From contig CP000071.1 in assembly GCA_000002445.1 (NCBI GenBank), positions 1,312,001-1,376,000 on the forward strand: DNA of 64,000 nucleotides. Direction: 5' to 3'. Shown here piece by piece: positions 33,601-43,518 of the stretch (within the stretch, counting starts at the first letter, position 1; each line of letters opens with the position of its first letter). The notes under the pieces are model-generated. The model was not told where the DNA came from. It saw only the letters and a list, made by a program, of their open reading frames with translations, and ran no database searches. The translations under genes were made by a program, and so were the position numbers. This stretch comes from Trypanosoma brucei. Taxonomy: Eukaryota.

Positions 33601-34700
33601 GGAGAAGAAAAAGAAAGAAAAATGTGGAAAACATTTATATATATATATATATATATATTCTTTCTTTTCATTTATTAATTTAAATATAAGAACAACAGTA
33701 AATTTTTTAAAAAATCATCTCCGTCGCCGCCGACATTCTTCTTCGCTTCCCACCAGAAACATAGAAAAAGTTATTTCAACAAAACCACTAGCCGAAGCGC
33801 ATTGTCACAAAAAGGCCGAGGAAAGGAAGAAAAAAAATAAAATAAAATAAAAGAAATGAGGTACTTTGCACGCCCTAAAAAAGAGTCGCTAATAACCTGC
33901 AGATCCCACAAGCGAGAATAAACCAAACAGACAGAGAGCAGGAACGGGCACGCCCACCTTTGCCTGTCATTTTGACTCCTCTCGTTCCCGTCACTCAATA
34001 CAAAACCAAAACAAAACAACAACGCCATAATCATAATTATAACAAACCTCTTCCAATGAAGTTTCCCACCAACTCGTTCACGCACCTCGAAACGCGTTCC
34101 CGCTGGCGCTTCGAAGGAAATAACTTTCATGTGACCTCATTTTCTCTCTTCCCCTTCCTTCCTTCCTTCCTAATCCTAATCCTAACCCTAACCCCATTTC
34201 ATTTCATTTCATTGATTCTGCCGCTTCTCCTCTTTTCTCCTCTCCTTCCCTTCCCTTCCTTCCCCTTCTTTTTTTTTCTTTCTCACTATTTTATTTATTA
34301 AAATTCCCATGTATCATTTACACACACAGCTTTATTACCTCCCCCCTTTTTATCTTTTTTTTTGTTGTTTCCGTTGCATTACCAACTCCAATTATAATCG
34401 CTTCTATATTTACCCTTTTTGACACGTTACCTCTTCCATACACACATGCATATACACATATATAAATATATAAATATATAAATATATATGTGTTTACCCG
34501 CGTCTCTCTCTCTCTCTCGTTGTGTGTGCACGTGTCCCATTTCCTCTTTCTTAACTTCCCTTTGTCTTTTTACCTGCTCCCCTTTCTCTTTCTTTTTTTT
34601 TCTATCTTCTCTGTCTCTTCTTGCCGCCCCTCCATTACCTATGATAACATTTATTCACGATCTTAAAGTTAGCAGAGAAAACGAAGGCCCCTCCCCCCCC
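30700..34700. repeat. about 4 kb of extreme low-complexity polypurine/polypyrimidine sequence with embedded (TA)n, (CATCT)n, (GAAA)n and (ATT)n microsatellites
   Basis: Strand-asymmetric CT-rich and GA-rich blocks alternate, with homopolymer runs of A or T up to about 20 nt. Examples: (CATCT)n at 31144-31166, (TA)n at 32110-32126 and 33636-33658, (GAAA)n at about 33010-33030. Confidence 0.9.
34169..34196. repeat. interstitial telomere-like repeat (CCTAAT)2(CCCTAA)2
   Basis: The sequence cctaatcctaatcctaaccctaacccca is read directly. It is immediately followed by (CATTT)4 at 34196-34215 and preceded by (CCTT)n. Confidence 0.85.
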
Positions 34701-35028
34701 CCCTAAAAAAAAAAAAGAGAGAGAGAAGAATGGAAAAGGAATGCGGTTAAAAAAGTAAAACATCCATGGCTGCAACCACTGACCGCTACGTGCATACACA
34801 TCTACACACGGAAATACGTACGGAAAACGGCATCATCACCACACATGAGGCTGGAGCATAGCGCGAGGATTTACATTATATTATTATATATATATATTTT
34901 TTTCTCCTTCGTTCAATTTCTCCCAACTCTCGTGGCCCTCCCGTTTGCGCCATCAAATAACATTTTATACTCATCCTTCCATCTCAACGTACCTTCTCTT
35001 CTATTCTTCGCGGTATTTACACCCACGT

Positions 35029-36681
35029 CTATTTCCCAACTCGTTTCTTCGGCCCGCCAGTTGCGTTGGTTGTAGCACCGGAGTCACCATCCATATCACC
35101 TTTTGTAAAGGCTGCCATGCCGCGACCACGCTGCAGCTTCGCGGGAGGTTTCACCTCATTTGGTGCGCTATCAACTGTGGGCACTGGTGGAGGTGAAGAT
35201 GCGGTATTGGCACTGACGGGTTGTTGTGGCTCTACACGAGAGGCCCCTCCGCCTTTCCCCTGCCGCATTCCAGGTCGCGAAACAACGCCCTGTTGCCCCT
35301 TGTGTGGAGCATATTCTTGAATAGGCGGGTTGTGGTGTTGTGACGAGTAGTTACCCATGCCGTGGAAGGCCTGGTGGTGATGCATCTCATGATGGAACCC
35401 CTGTCCTTGCATATGGTGCATAGGCATCGATTGGTTATGAGGAACGCGGCCAAGGGGGCCCTGGTATCCTCTGTGCGCATTGGGTATGTTGGGTTGGGAG
35501 TTCACGTACATGTGCATGTTCATGCTATGGCTAGGTGGCATGGCAGCAGCCTCATAGTTTTGCTGCGAGTAGGACGAGTCATCCTGGTCATAGAAAAGGT
35601 TGCACATACCCGGCCAATGTGGCTCACAGTCGTAGCACATATCGTTGTTCGAAATGGCATCAGCTAAGCTTGCTAGGAAGTCCACAACAGGGACGGCAGC
35701 TCCGGGTTTCATTGGTGTATAGGGAGCCGCCGCGGGGTTGAACCCAGCTGCCGTCTGGTTAGCGTCATACTGCATATGATGCGGATCTTCGTTCATCCGC
35801 TTGTGTCGCATCGAGCCATCATCTGCCATACTTGTGGCAGCTGGTGGTGGTGGAGGAGCGGCGGCAGCAGGCGCAGCGGCAGGAGGAGCCGCAGCGGGAG
35901 CGGGAGCAGCGGCAGGAGCCGTGGTGGGAGCCGTAGCGGGAGCGGCGGCGGCGGGGACGGGTGGGGGTTCATTGACAAGTTTCCTCCCGCCAGTGCTCGG
36001 TGGCACGTACGGAGGCTTTTTTTCCTGTGGTCGGTGGACATCCGAGTAGAGCTGCCCCTCATCGAGACCTTCATCGTCGTGAAGGCACTCTTCCCGTTCC
36101 ATCCTGTGAGCGATACCTCGTGTGGATGAACTTTCGATTTCGCGTGCGAGACGATCTGCCTGTGCCCGCTGTTCCTCTGTTATTTTACTGTGGTCCAAAC
36201 GGGTTGTGTAGAACTCTTCCTTGTATGTTGTCTTTACGCCAAAGGACTTCTCATTTGCCTCGAACTGATTCCAAGTACCAGTCTGATGAGGTTCACTCTC
36301 CAACAGCTCACTAACACCGTCATCAGCCCAATCAAACTTGGTGGCACTGAAGTCAGCGCGGCCGGTGTCGGGACGACCAGGCGTCTCGGTGCGAATCTTT
36401 GCATTCTGGACCTCAATCATCACTATGCTCTGATAAGGAATGAACAGGTCATCGGTGAAGTTAACACACGATGGAGAAAGCGGCGACCGTTTGGCGGATG
36501 CAAGGTTTCGGGTGCAACAAATCATAATGCCTGCATCCGTTTCCGCGTCGACATCTGTGCAGGCCACAAATAGACCCTCAACGCACATGTCATCCACCAG
36601 TCGTACCTGCACCACCTGGCCGACTAGGTTCAGGTAGAGGTATTCCAGGCGCTCCATGTTGCTGCTATGAGACCCCTCCAT
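35029..36681 (-). CDS. PBP1: ataxin-2 homologue / PABP-binding protein 1 (LSm + LsmAD domains)
   Basis: 550-aa ORF with an N-terminal Sm-like fold (LVGQVVQVRLVDDMCVEGLFVACTDVD) and an LsmAD domain (FGVKTTYKEEFYTTRLDHSKITEEQRAQADRLAREIE). These are followed by a poly-Ala/Pro tract and a Q/H/M/N-rich low-complexity C-terminal half typical of ataxin-2/Pbp1. ATG verified. Confidence 0.85.
   Translation of the reverse strand: MEGSHSSNMERLEYLYLNLVGQVVQVRLVDDMCVEGLFVACTDVDAETDAGIMICCTRNLASAKRSPLSPSCVNFTDDLFIPYQSIVMIEVQNAKIRTETPGRPDTGRADFSATKFDWADDGVSELLESEPHQTGTWNQFEANEKSFGVKTTYKEEFYTTRLDHSKITEEQRAQADRLAREIESSSTRGIAHRMEREECLHDDEGLDEGQLYSDVHRPQEKKPPYVPPSTGGRKLVNEPPPVPAAAAPATAPTTAPAAAPAPAAAPPAAAPAAAAPPPPPAATSMADDGSMRHKRMNEDPHHMQYDANQTAAGFNPAAAPYTPMKPGAAVPVVDFLASLADAISNNDMCYDCEPHWPGMCNLFYDQDDSSYSQQNYEAAAMPPSHSMNMHMYVNSQPNIPNAHRGYQGPLGRVPHNQSMPMHHMQGQGFHHEMHHHQAFHGMGNYSSQHHNPPIQEYAPHKGQQGVVSRPGMRQGKGGGASRVEPQQPVSANTASSPPPVPTVDSAPNEVKPPAKLQRGRGMAAFTKGDMDGDSGATTNATGGPKKRVGK
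35840..35965. repeat. imperfect (GCN)n trinucleotide repeat inside the PBP1 CDS, encoding a poly-Ala/Pro tract
   Basis: gcggcggcagcaggcgcagcggcaggaggagccgcagcgggagcgggagcagcgg... encodes PAAAAPATAPTTAPAAAPAPAAAPPAAAPAAAAPPPPP on the minus strand. Confidence 0.9.
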
Positions 36682-36984
36682 TTACTTAACTTTTGATGTT
36701 GCCGTCTTTTCTCCGCTCCTCAATTTCCGTTGGTCGTTTACGAAACAAGATACAAACCTCTGTTAGGCGCCTCTCGTACTCTCCTGTAAGGAATTATAGA
36801 ATTTATGATATTCTATTTTCTTCAGCTCCTCCGCGCGGGCGCAAACGAAAAAATATGTCCTCCACCTTCCTGTTCCTCTCCTCTTCGCTTAACGGCACGC
36901 TTTTCTTCCTCAGGCTTCCCTAGCTCTCACCTCTCGCGGTTGAATTTTTTTTTTCTCCTCCTCTTCTTATGACAGTTTAGTTAC

Positions 36985-37035
36985 GAGGGGGAAACAGTGA
37001 GAAAAAGAAAATATAAAATAATAGGGAAAAACGAG
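36985..37035 (-). promoter_or_regulatory. polypyrimidine tract (minus strand) upstream of PBP1
   Basis: The + strand reads gagggggaaacagtgagaaaaagaaaatataaaataatagggaaaaacgag, about 300 nt 5' of the PBP1 ATG on the coding strand. Confidence 0.4.
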
Positions 37036-37288
37036 TTCACTAACCTTCTTTACCCCCTTTTTGGTGCGGTTTCACCTCAGCTAGAAGCCTGTCGGAAGCA
37101 AGCACACAAAACAAAAAAAAGGAATTTAAAAAAGAACAAAAAACCTACAGCTTACTATTGCGTTCTATGATCCTTTTTGTAACGGTTTGGGTGGGTGAGC
37201 AACAAGAGAGAGAGAGGAAAAAGGGAGGTAGATAAAAGGGCAGCAACAAAAACAAAAAGAGGACAACAAAGCGGTGTCCCTCCCCTCG

Positions 37289-37311
37289 CACACACACACA
37301 CACACACACAA
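37289..37311. repeat. (CA)n microsatellite
   Basis: Read directly from the sequence. Confidence 0.95.
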
Positions 37312-37439
37312 CAACAACAGGGGCCATAAGCACTAGGGAAGTCATATATTATGTATAAATATATATGTTTGCGATTATGCAAGAGTATATATTTAATTCC
37401 CACGCAACAATTCCACAAAACACAATGCCGCTCCACTAC

Positions 37440-37991
37440 CTACAGGTACTTATCTAACGTCATCGCCTGTTTGTCCACGCGCTGCAACGGCGGATACAAC
37501 ATGGTACCCGCTGCGGGGAAAAGCACCCCTTGCAATTCTTCTCTGTCATAAACCTTGTTGCGAATGTTACTAAAGTCGTTACGTGCAGGATCCGTCATTT
37601 GTGGAATATCCGTATAAAGTTCCGGTATTACCCGCTGTTGCTCGCGTGGCACAAGGCGAAAGGGGATCTCAATCACTTCCCAATCTCGTTGCTTCCAGCG
37701 CTTGCGGAGCGTTTGCTGGGCGCACCACACATCCACATTGAACTGCACGGTGCGTGGGTCCTTTTTGAAGCGTCGGCCCTGTTTTTTTATATTAACTGGG
37801 CCAATTTCACGCAGGTAGGCGGTTCGTCCACCGAATCGGTTGGCATCATGCAACGGGGTGGTGTTGAAGGTGTGACGTTGACGGAACTGGAATGGTGGAT
37901 GGTCAAATTCTCCCGTTGACACCACCGCAACACTACATTGCAAAGCAGAGGAAGGATGGCTCAGAAAGAGACCATCCCTAACACGCCGCAT
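37440..37991 (-). CDS. hypothetical basic protein (183 aa)
   Basis: ORF of ordinary complexity with ATG verified. Arg/Lys-rich; possibly an organellar ribosomal or RNA-associated protein, which is a guess only. Confidence 0.5.
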   Translation of the reverse strand: MRRVRDGLFLSHPSSALQCSVAVVSTGEFDHPPFQFRQRHTFNTTPLHDANRFGGRTAYLREIGPVNIKKQGRRFKKDPRTVQFNVDVWCAQQTLRKRWKQRDWEVIEIPFRLVPREQQRVIPELYTDIPQMTDPARNDFSNIRNKVYDREELQGVLFPAAGTMLYPPLQRVDKQAMTLDKYL

Positions 37992-39073
37992 CGTTACCCG
38001 TCAGTGCTATGTTGGCTCGATGTTTTTGGTTTTGCCTACGTTTTGCCACTCCCACCCGCCCGCTCACTCAACACCCGGTAGAGTCAGAGAGCTGGTTTGC
38101 TGTATGCGACGTTTCTGCAAGGAGAACAAAATGGAAAGAAGAGAAGGTGGGTTGCACTATGAACAATATAAGAAGGCGCCGTAACATCCACACAACACAA
38201 CACACAAGGAAAGTAACGTTACGGGCATATTGGATACTATAGTTGCACGTTAGACGAATTTCTTTGAGTATATATATGTATATATATTACACAACACCGT
38301 GTATTTATCTCCCAAAACGTTAAAAATTGTACACACTCCACTCTGCCTGCATCAGCATATGAGAATCCCGTACTGAAAACTTGTCACTACTCCCATTCTT
38401 TTTGATGACTTCATGTGAAGCTAACCCCCAGAAATATCTCCATTCTACTTCACGATACCCTTTAATCCCACGCGCACTGTTCGTATAAAGATGTGAGCCT
38501 TTCTTTTCTCTCTTAACGCTTCACCATATTTTGACATTCTTTTTTCCTGCTGTGGTGACAGAAGATCGTTATATCATCACAATGACTATCCCAAAAATGC
38601 ACTCCGAGTCTTCGTAGCAAGTAACGCTTAACCGCTAAAGAGGAAAGAACTAGACTTCAAGAACACAAATATATGTATACGTACACATATATGCATATCT
38701 ATTTATTTATCACGACGAAATGAGATACTTATTCCAAGAACAAAATAAAACATGCCATTCACACTTCGCCTTGTCGCCTCCCCTTTCCTCCCCAAGTAAC
38801 TCTCGTCATTTGCACTCTGCCACATTTTGGTTGCCCTCATGCACACACTCAGCAATTTCACCAAGGGTACACCCCTTCCTTTCGTAAAATAGCGAGTAGT
38901 GTACAATAATTAAACAAACAGTGTTTACGACCATAATTGCCACGGTGTTGTGACTTCAGTGCCGGAGCATCAACTAGGCAGCGAGCAGGGGTGGGAACGG
39001 GAAAACCATATCATATTCCCCACTTGTGGATATCACGCGACGTGTGCAACCGACACTGATTGCAAATATGTTT

Positions 39074-42000
39074 CTACCAGCCGGTGACACTTTCCAACGC
39101 CTGAATAAGTGCGGGGATTGCTTGGAGACTGTAGCAATTCCCATTACATGCTGCCACGGCCTTCGCATTTCTCTTTTCATCAAGTTTATTCAACATATCA
39201 CCAAGCAACGAGCACAAGGACTTCGCCCCTATTGCTTTGTTACCCACGAGCATCCGGGCAACCGCGACTGCACCCCGAAGGGATATTGACAATGAATTGC
39301 GGTACACCCATTCGTGTGCACACCCGACCTTCCACGGGGTTAACGAATTCAGAAGCGCTTCATTTGTAGGGTCGTACGCAGCCTGTACACCTTTAAGGGC
39401 AACGGTGAGGTAAACTGCCCAGCTCCGCGCGAAACCAAGCGACCTGTGTTCCCTCACACCTTTCGTATCAGACAAACCCACTGCCACAAGAGCCATCTGC
39501 AGCTGGAACTCCAGTGGGTGGACGGTTCCGCTCAATTCCTTCGGCACACCGGCTCCCATTGAAACAGCGGAATCACCCCATTGATGGTGCAGCTCCTCCG
39601 ACCAGCGCTGCAGCGCCCCGTGTGGTGCCGTGCAGCTGAACAACCGCAAGACTTCCCACTGGAGCAGTGCACCGCATCCCGTCAACTCCGAAGCCCGCCG
39701 AAGCATCGAACAGATATTCCGCCCTTTGGGTCCATCACCCTGATGGCCGCTGGAGATAATGTGCGAAATCTGCCGACACGCATACATACGAAGAGCAAAC
39801 GCGAGTTTCTCTCTGGCCTCGCAGTGTGTGAAGTGGTCAACTGCCTGTCGGTAGAAGGAGTCCTCTTCGGGTGAGAGTGGTCGGGTGTCACCCATGGCTA
39901 GAGGCTGCTGTAGTGTGTTGGTCACAGTCGGTGATGTAAGACGCAACTTTAAGTTAGCCATGCGAAGGAACGTCTCACCCAGGGAGTACCGTACATCCTT
40001 GAGCGTTACGGCTGTGGAAGAAGTACAGCACTCACCGAGGGACGAATCCACTACTGCATCTTCCGCTACCTTGAACAGCGACTGCGCGCGGTGCAGCGAA
40101 TCCAGTGCCTTGGTATAACGATCGGTGAGTAGGTAATGGTGCCCGACATGATAATAAACCTGTGAAGTTTTCGCCAGAAGTCGTTTTGATTGCACACCCA
40201 CCTTCGTGATAAACCTCAAGGCCGTGTACGAAAGTGAAACTATGTCATAAGTGATAGAGGACAGCCACGTCAACACAGACTCACCAACAGCGGAGGTGCC
40301 GATAGCACCACGTATATCGGCAACCTCACTGCGTAGTTCCTCACGTGTCTTGATGCGACGGCTGAGTTCAACGAGAACGTTTGCTGTGAAAGGCGTTGGG
40401 TCGCTCATAGCCAAAAGAACAACATCTGCGTAGAGCTCCCACAGAGTCTTCACGAGCGGTGTAATATCAATAATGTCTGTTTTCGTGTCAATTAGCGCGT
40501 GCTCCTTCACCACATCGCACGCAGGTACGCAATGCACGAGTTCCATTCCACTTGCCACTGCCACTTTCATATTCTCCAACCGTAACAAACCCTCTACAAC
40601 CACCTGCAGAAGGTCCTTCGCAACGAGGCTGTGAATATGCACGTCGCTGCTTTTGCCGCACCCCGCCTTCAACCGCAAGTATGTGGCTCGCTCTACGCAA
40701 AACTGTTCAATAGCACATACCACACACACACAAAGCGCCGCGCTACACGGCAGAAGACATTGCAGAAGGGAACGACGCGTGGGAAGAGGCAGAGACTCAT
40801 CGACCACAGACTCTTGCAAACGAATTCCAAAGCGACCACACGTGATAAAAACCTCACGGCATATTTCGGGTAGTTGTATGATGCCGCCTTCTCCCTCGAG
40901 AGCGGCCTTCTTATTGCGGATGACAAGACCCACAAGATCTGGAAGCACCTTTAGGATGTCGCAGATGTGGGGACAAGCTTCCTCCACCCTCCTCCGTTGC
41001 ATAAAGTACACGGCAAAACTCCGGAGAAGAAGGGACAATGCGTCTGGGGCCTTATCCACGGAATCCTTGAGATGCATTCCCATACGGAAACACATTGTGG
41101 CCAACCCCCAATTCAACCGCTCATTCTCCTCGCGTTGTCGACTTTCCTCCTCCGCTTGCTTTTTGGTGGCGGCGCTGCCGCTATCTCTGACCTCGTCATC
41201 CGAGACGGTGCCGTCCTCCGGCAAGAAACGCTCCAAGTGGTCGTCCGTGAAACATTCGTAAACCTCCAGCGCCCCGGTTTCGTAGTTTTGAATCACGGCG
41301 TATGTCGCACCGTCCTTCTTGCACTGAGTCATCAACCACTGCAAGACGGTTGTTGTAAAGTTCATAGCTGTAGCGGCCATCCGGCGCTCAACCAGTCCGA
41401 GCATCTCCTGTGCTTTCCTAACCTCATATCCTTGAACAATGCCATCATGGTGAACGTATACACCAACATGTGGAACGTTGGCGAGGGTTGCCTCAAACCA
41501 AGTGTTAAGTGCTTCGTGCTGCGACTCTTCCGGGGTCGTTGGAATGGATGTGTCCCTCAGGCTCAGCACATGCTCCGTGTTATCTCTTCCGTCAATCACA
41601 ACAGGTGTGTCAACACCGACTAACGCATCCATTGCACCGATTTCCCAATGCAATATATGTGAGTACCGACTCAGCTCGTGAACACGCTTGGTGAGGTTGG
41701 CGGAACCGATTCGGTGCATTGGCAGCGCCACAACACCCTGGCCACTGGGGTTTGAAGCGCTAACGCCTTCCATATGTTGTTTGGTGATGGCCCCGCCCAA
41801 AATACGGTAGAGCGCCTTCCCGAGTAGTGACTTCATACGCATATCCCGCACCCCTGACCGCATCACTTCTTCGCCGTGTGAATCAACCAACAAAGTTGGA
41901 CCAACACGCCGCACCTGCAGCACAAGCGTCCGATCATCAGAATACGACGCTCTGAAAACACTACGCAGTGCCTCACCAGTAGAGAGTACGAGAACTCTAT

Positions 42001-42850
42001 CCTCTCCACCTCGCCATTCTCTCACAGCGCACGAAAGTAACGAGCGCTTCGCCGCGCCCTCATCACGTCCAAACCCCGGTACGTACTGATGCACGTTATA
42101 CATTGGGTCTGGGACAAGATAGTTCCACGGTGGCTGGTCAAGATCAGTCCCACTGGCCAGTGGCAACGGCATGGGAAGAGGTGGAACACCCTCAACGCGT
42201 CTAACAAAACTTCCGCGGAGTGCCCCGCTTTGCGCACTGGCTTTTAACGGCATCGATCCTCTAAACGGACGTTCCCGATCGCCTTCTGAGATCACAACGA
42301 GGGATTGCTCCTCTTCCGCATATAACCCCGATGACGATGGATTCGGAACCGGCGTGACTTCCTGGAGTTGGTGCTGAGATGGAGAATTTCCCACATCGGA
42401 AGAGTCCTTGCATGTGCGAAGCAGTTCGGAGGGCAATGTCCGGAAGAAAAAGTCAAACTCCCACTTGCCCATTAAAACATGTTTACCTGCCTCTCGGTCA
42501 CCGCCACCCCCTGGCCGCCGGGGTTTATCAACAACGCTGACGGAAGAGATAACGTTACTGGCACTTTCACCACAGGTGCGATCACCAACCTTTCCGACGA
42601 CATCAAGGAGTTTCTGATCTCGCTCCTCCGCTAAACGTTTGCTTTCCTCCTTCTTCTGTTTGTCGTTATATCGCTTCACAGCCCGGCGATGTAACGCGCG
42701 CCTCGAGGGACGGAGAACTGTAGCAGTGACACCAACGGAAGGGCCGTCGTCCCCGTGATCATCCGTAGCAGTATTATGGATATTAATGTTTGCTCGCCCA
42801 GCGACAGGCTTTGTTCCCTCTCTCGACATGCTTAGGCCTGTCAAGGTCAT
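39074..42850 (-). CDS. large conserved hypothetical protein (about 1259 aa)
   Basis: The track ORF starts with GTG at 42995-42997, and its first 49 residues are translated polypyrimidine (SFFFPSLRHASLFFFPLSRPRLSPLF). The first ATG (MTLTGLSMSREG...) at 42848-42850 was verified. Long alpha-helical protein with no family recognised. Confidence 0.6.
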   Translation of the reverse strand: MTLTGLSMSREGTKPVAGRANINIHNTATDDHGDDGPSVGVTATVLRPSRRALHRRAVKRYNDKQKKEESKRLAEERDQKLLDVVGKVGDRTCGESASNVISSVSVVDKPRRPGGGGDREAGKHVLMGKWEFDFFFRTLPSELLRTCKDSSDVGNSPSQHQLQEVTPVPNPSSSGLYAEEEQSLVVISEGDRERPFRGSMPLKASAQSGALRGSFVRRVEGVPPLPMPLPLASGTDLDQPPWNYLVPDPMYNVHQYVPGFGRDEGAAKRSLLSCAVREWRGGEDRVLVLSTGEALRSVFRASYSDDRTLVLQVRRVGPTLLVDSHGEEVMRSGVRDMRMKSLLGKALYRILGGAITKQHMEGVSASNPSGQGVVALPMHRIGSANLTKRVHELSRYSHILHWEIGAMDALVGVDTPVVIDGRDNTEHVLSLRDTSIPTTPEESQHEALNTWFEATLANVPHVGVYVHHDGIVQGYEVRKAQEMLGLVERRMAATAMNFTTTVLQWLMTQCKKDGATYAVIQNYETGALEVYECFTDDHLERFLPEDGTVSDDEVRDSGSAATKKQAEEESRQREENERLNWGLATMCFRMGMHLKDSVDKAPDALSLLLRSFAVYFMQRRRVEEACPHICDILKVLPDLVGLVIRNKKAALEGEGGIIQLPEICREVFITCGRFGIRLQESVVDESLPLPTRRSLLQCLLPCSAALCVCVVCAIEQFCVERATYLRLKAGCGKSSDVHIHSLVAKDLLQVVVEGLLRLENMKVAVASGMELVHCVPACDVVKEHALIDTKTDIIDITPLVKTLWELYADVVLLAMSDPTPFTANVLVELSRRIKTREELRSEVADIRGAIGTSAVGESVLTWLSSITYDIVSLSYTALRFITKVGVQSKRLLAKTSQVYYHVGHHYLLTDRYTKALDSLHRAQSLFKVAEDAVVDSSLGECCTSSTAVTLKDVRYSLGETFLRMANLKLRLTSPTVTNTLQQPLAMGDTRPLSPEEDSFYRQAVDHFTHCEAREKLAFALRMYACRQISHIISSGHQGDGPKGRNICSMLRRASELTGCGALLQWEVLRLFSCTAPHGALQRWSEELHHQWGDSAVSMGAGVPKELSGTVHPLEFQLQMALVAVGLSDTKGVREHRSLGFARSWAVYLTVALKGVQAAYDPTNEALLNSLTPWKVGCAHEWVYRNSLSISLRGAVAVARMLVGNKAIGAKSLCSLLGDMLNKLDEKRNAKAVAACNGNCYSLQAIPALIQALESVTGW

Positions 42851-43518
42851 AGTTGACCACCTAGGAGTACAAGAATGTGGAAAGGAAAAAACAAGGGAAA
42901 AGAGAGGTGACAAACGTGGGCGAGAGAGAGGAAAAAAGAAAAGAGAAGCGTGACGCAGGGAAGGAAAAAAAAAAGAGTGACTCAAGTTTGTTTCCACTCA
43001 CCCATCCACGCAAACTGAGTGCCGGTGTTAATTAATGACCGTACCGCAAGGTGGTCATCCAAATCGCAAGAAGAAGGACATAGGGTGCAAAGGGGGAAAA
43101 GAACAGATATGGAGAAATATATAGATGGAGGGGGAAGAGACTCCAAGTCATCGTAATAGCAACCGCTTAGGTACCGGCAAGAAAAGAATATTCTTCAAGT
43201 GTGGAATATTCCCTTTCTCAACGACGCCGACCGGCCAAACAAGCACAACATGAGCCCAGTGGCACAACTTGCTCCGGTAAATAGAGCGCCGACCTAGTCA
43301 TCGTTGGTCTCTCATATTTTCTACCCACAAGCATACGTTACATGTGCGCTAACGCGTTGACGTCCCACAACGCTGAACCTTATTCGGTTCTTGGGATCAG
43401 AGACTCTCTTCCCCAACTTCCCATCCGTTCTCACACGCACGTATACATTCATGCGCGTCTATGTATACGTACGTCAGCAATCATACCTCGGTGAAATGTG
43501 GGCTAAGTATTTGCGAAC

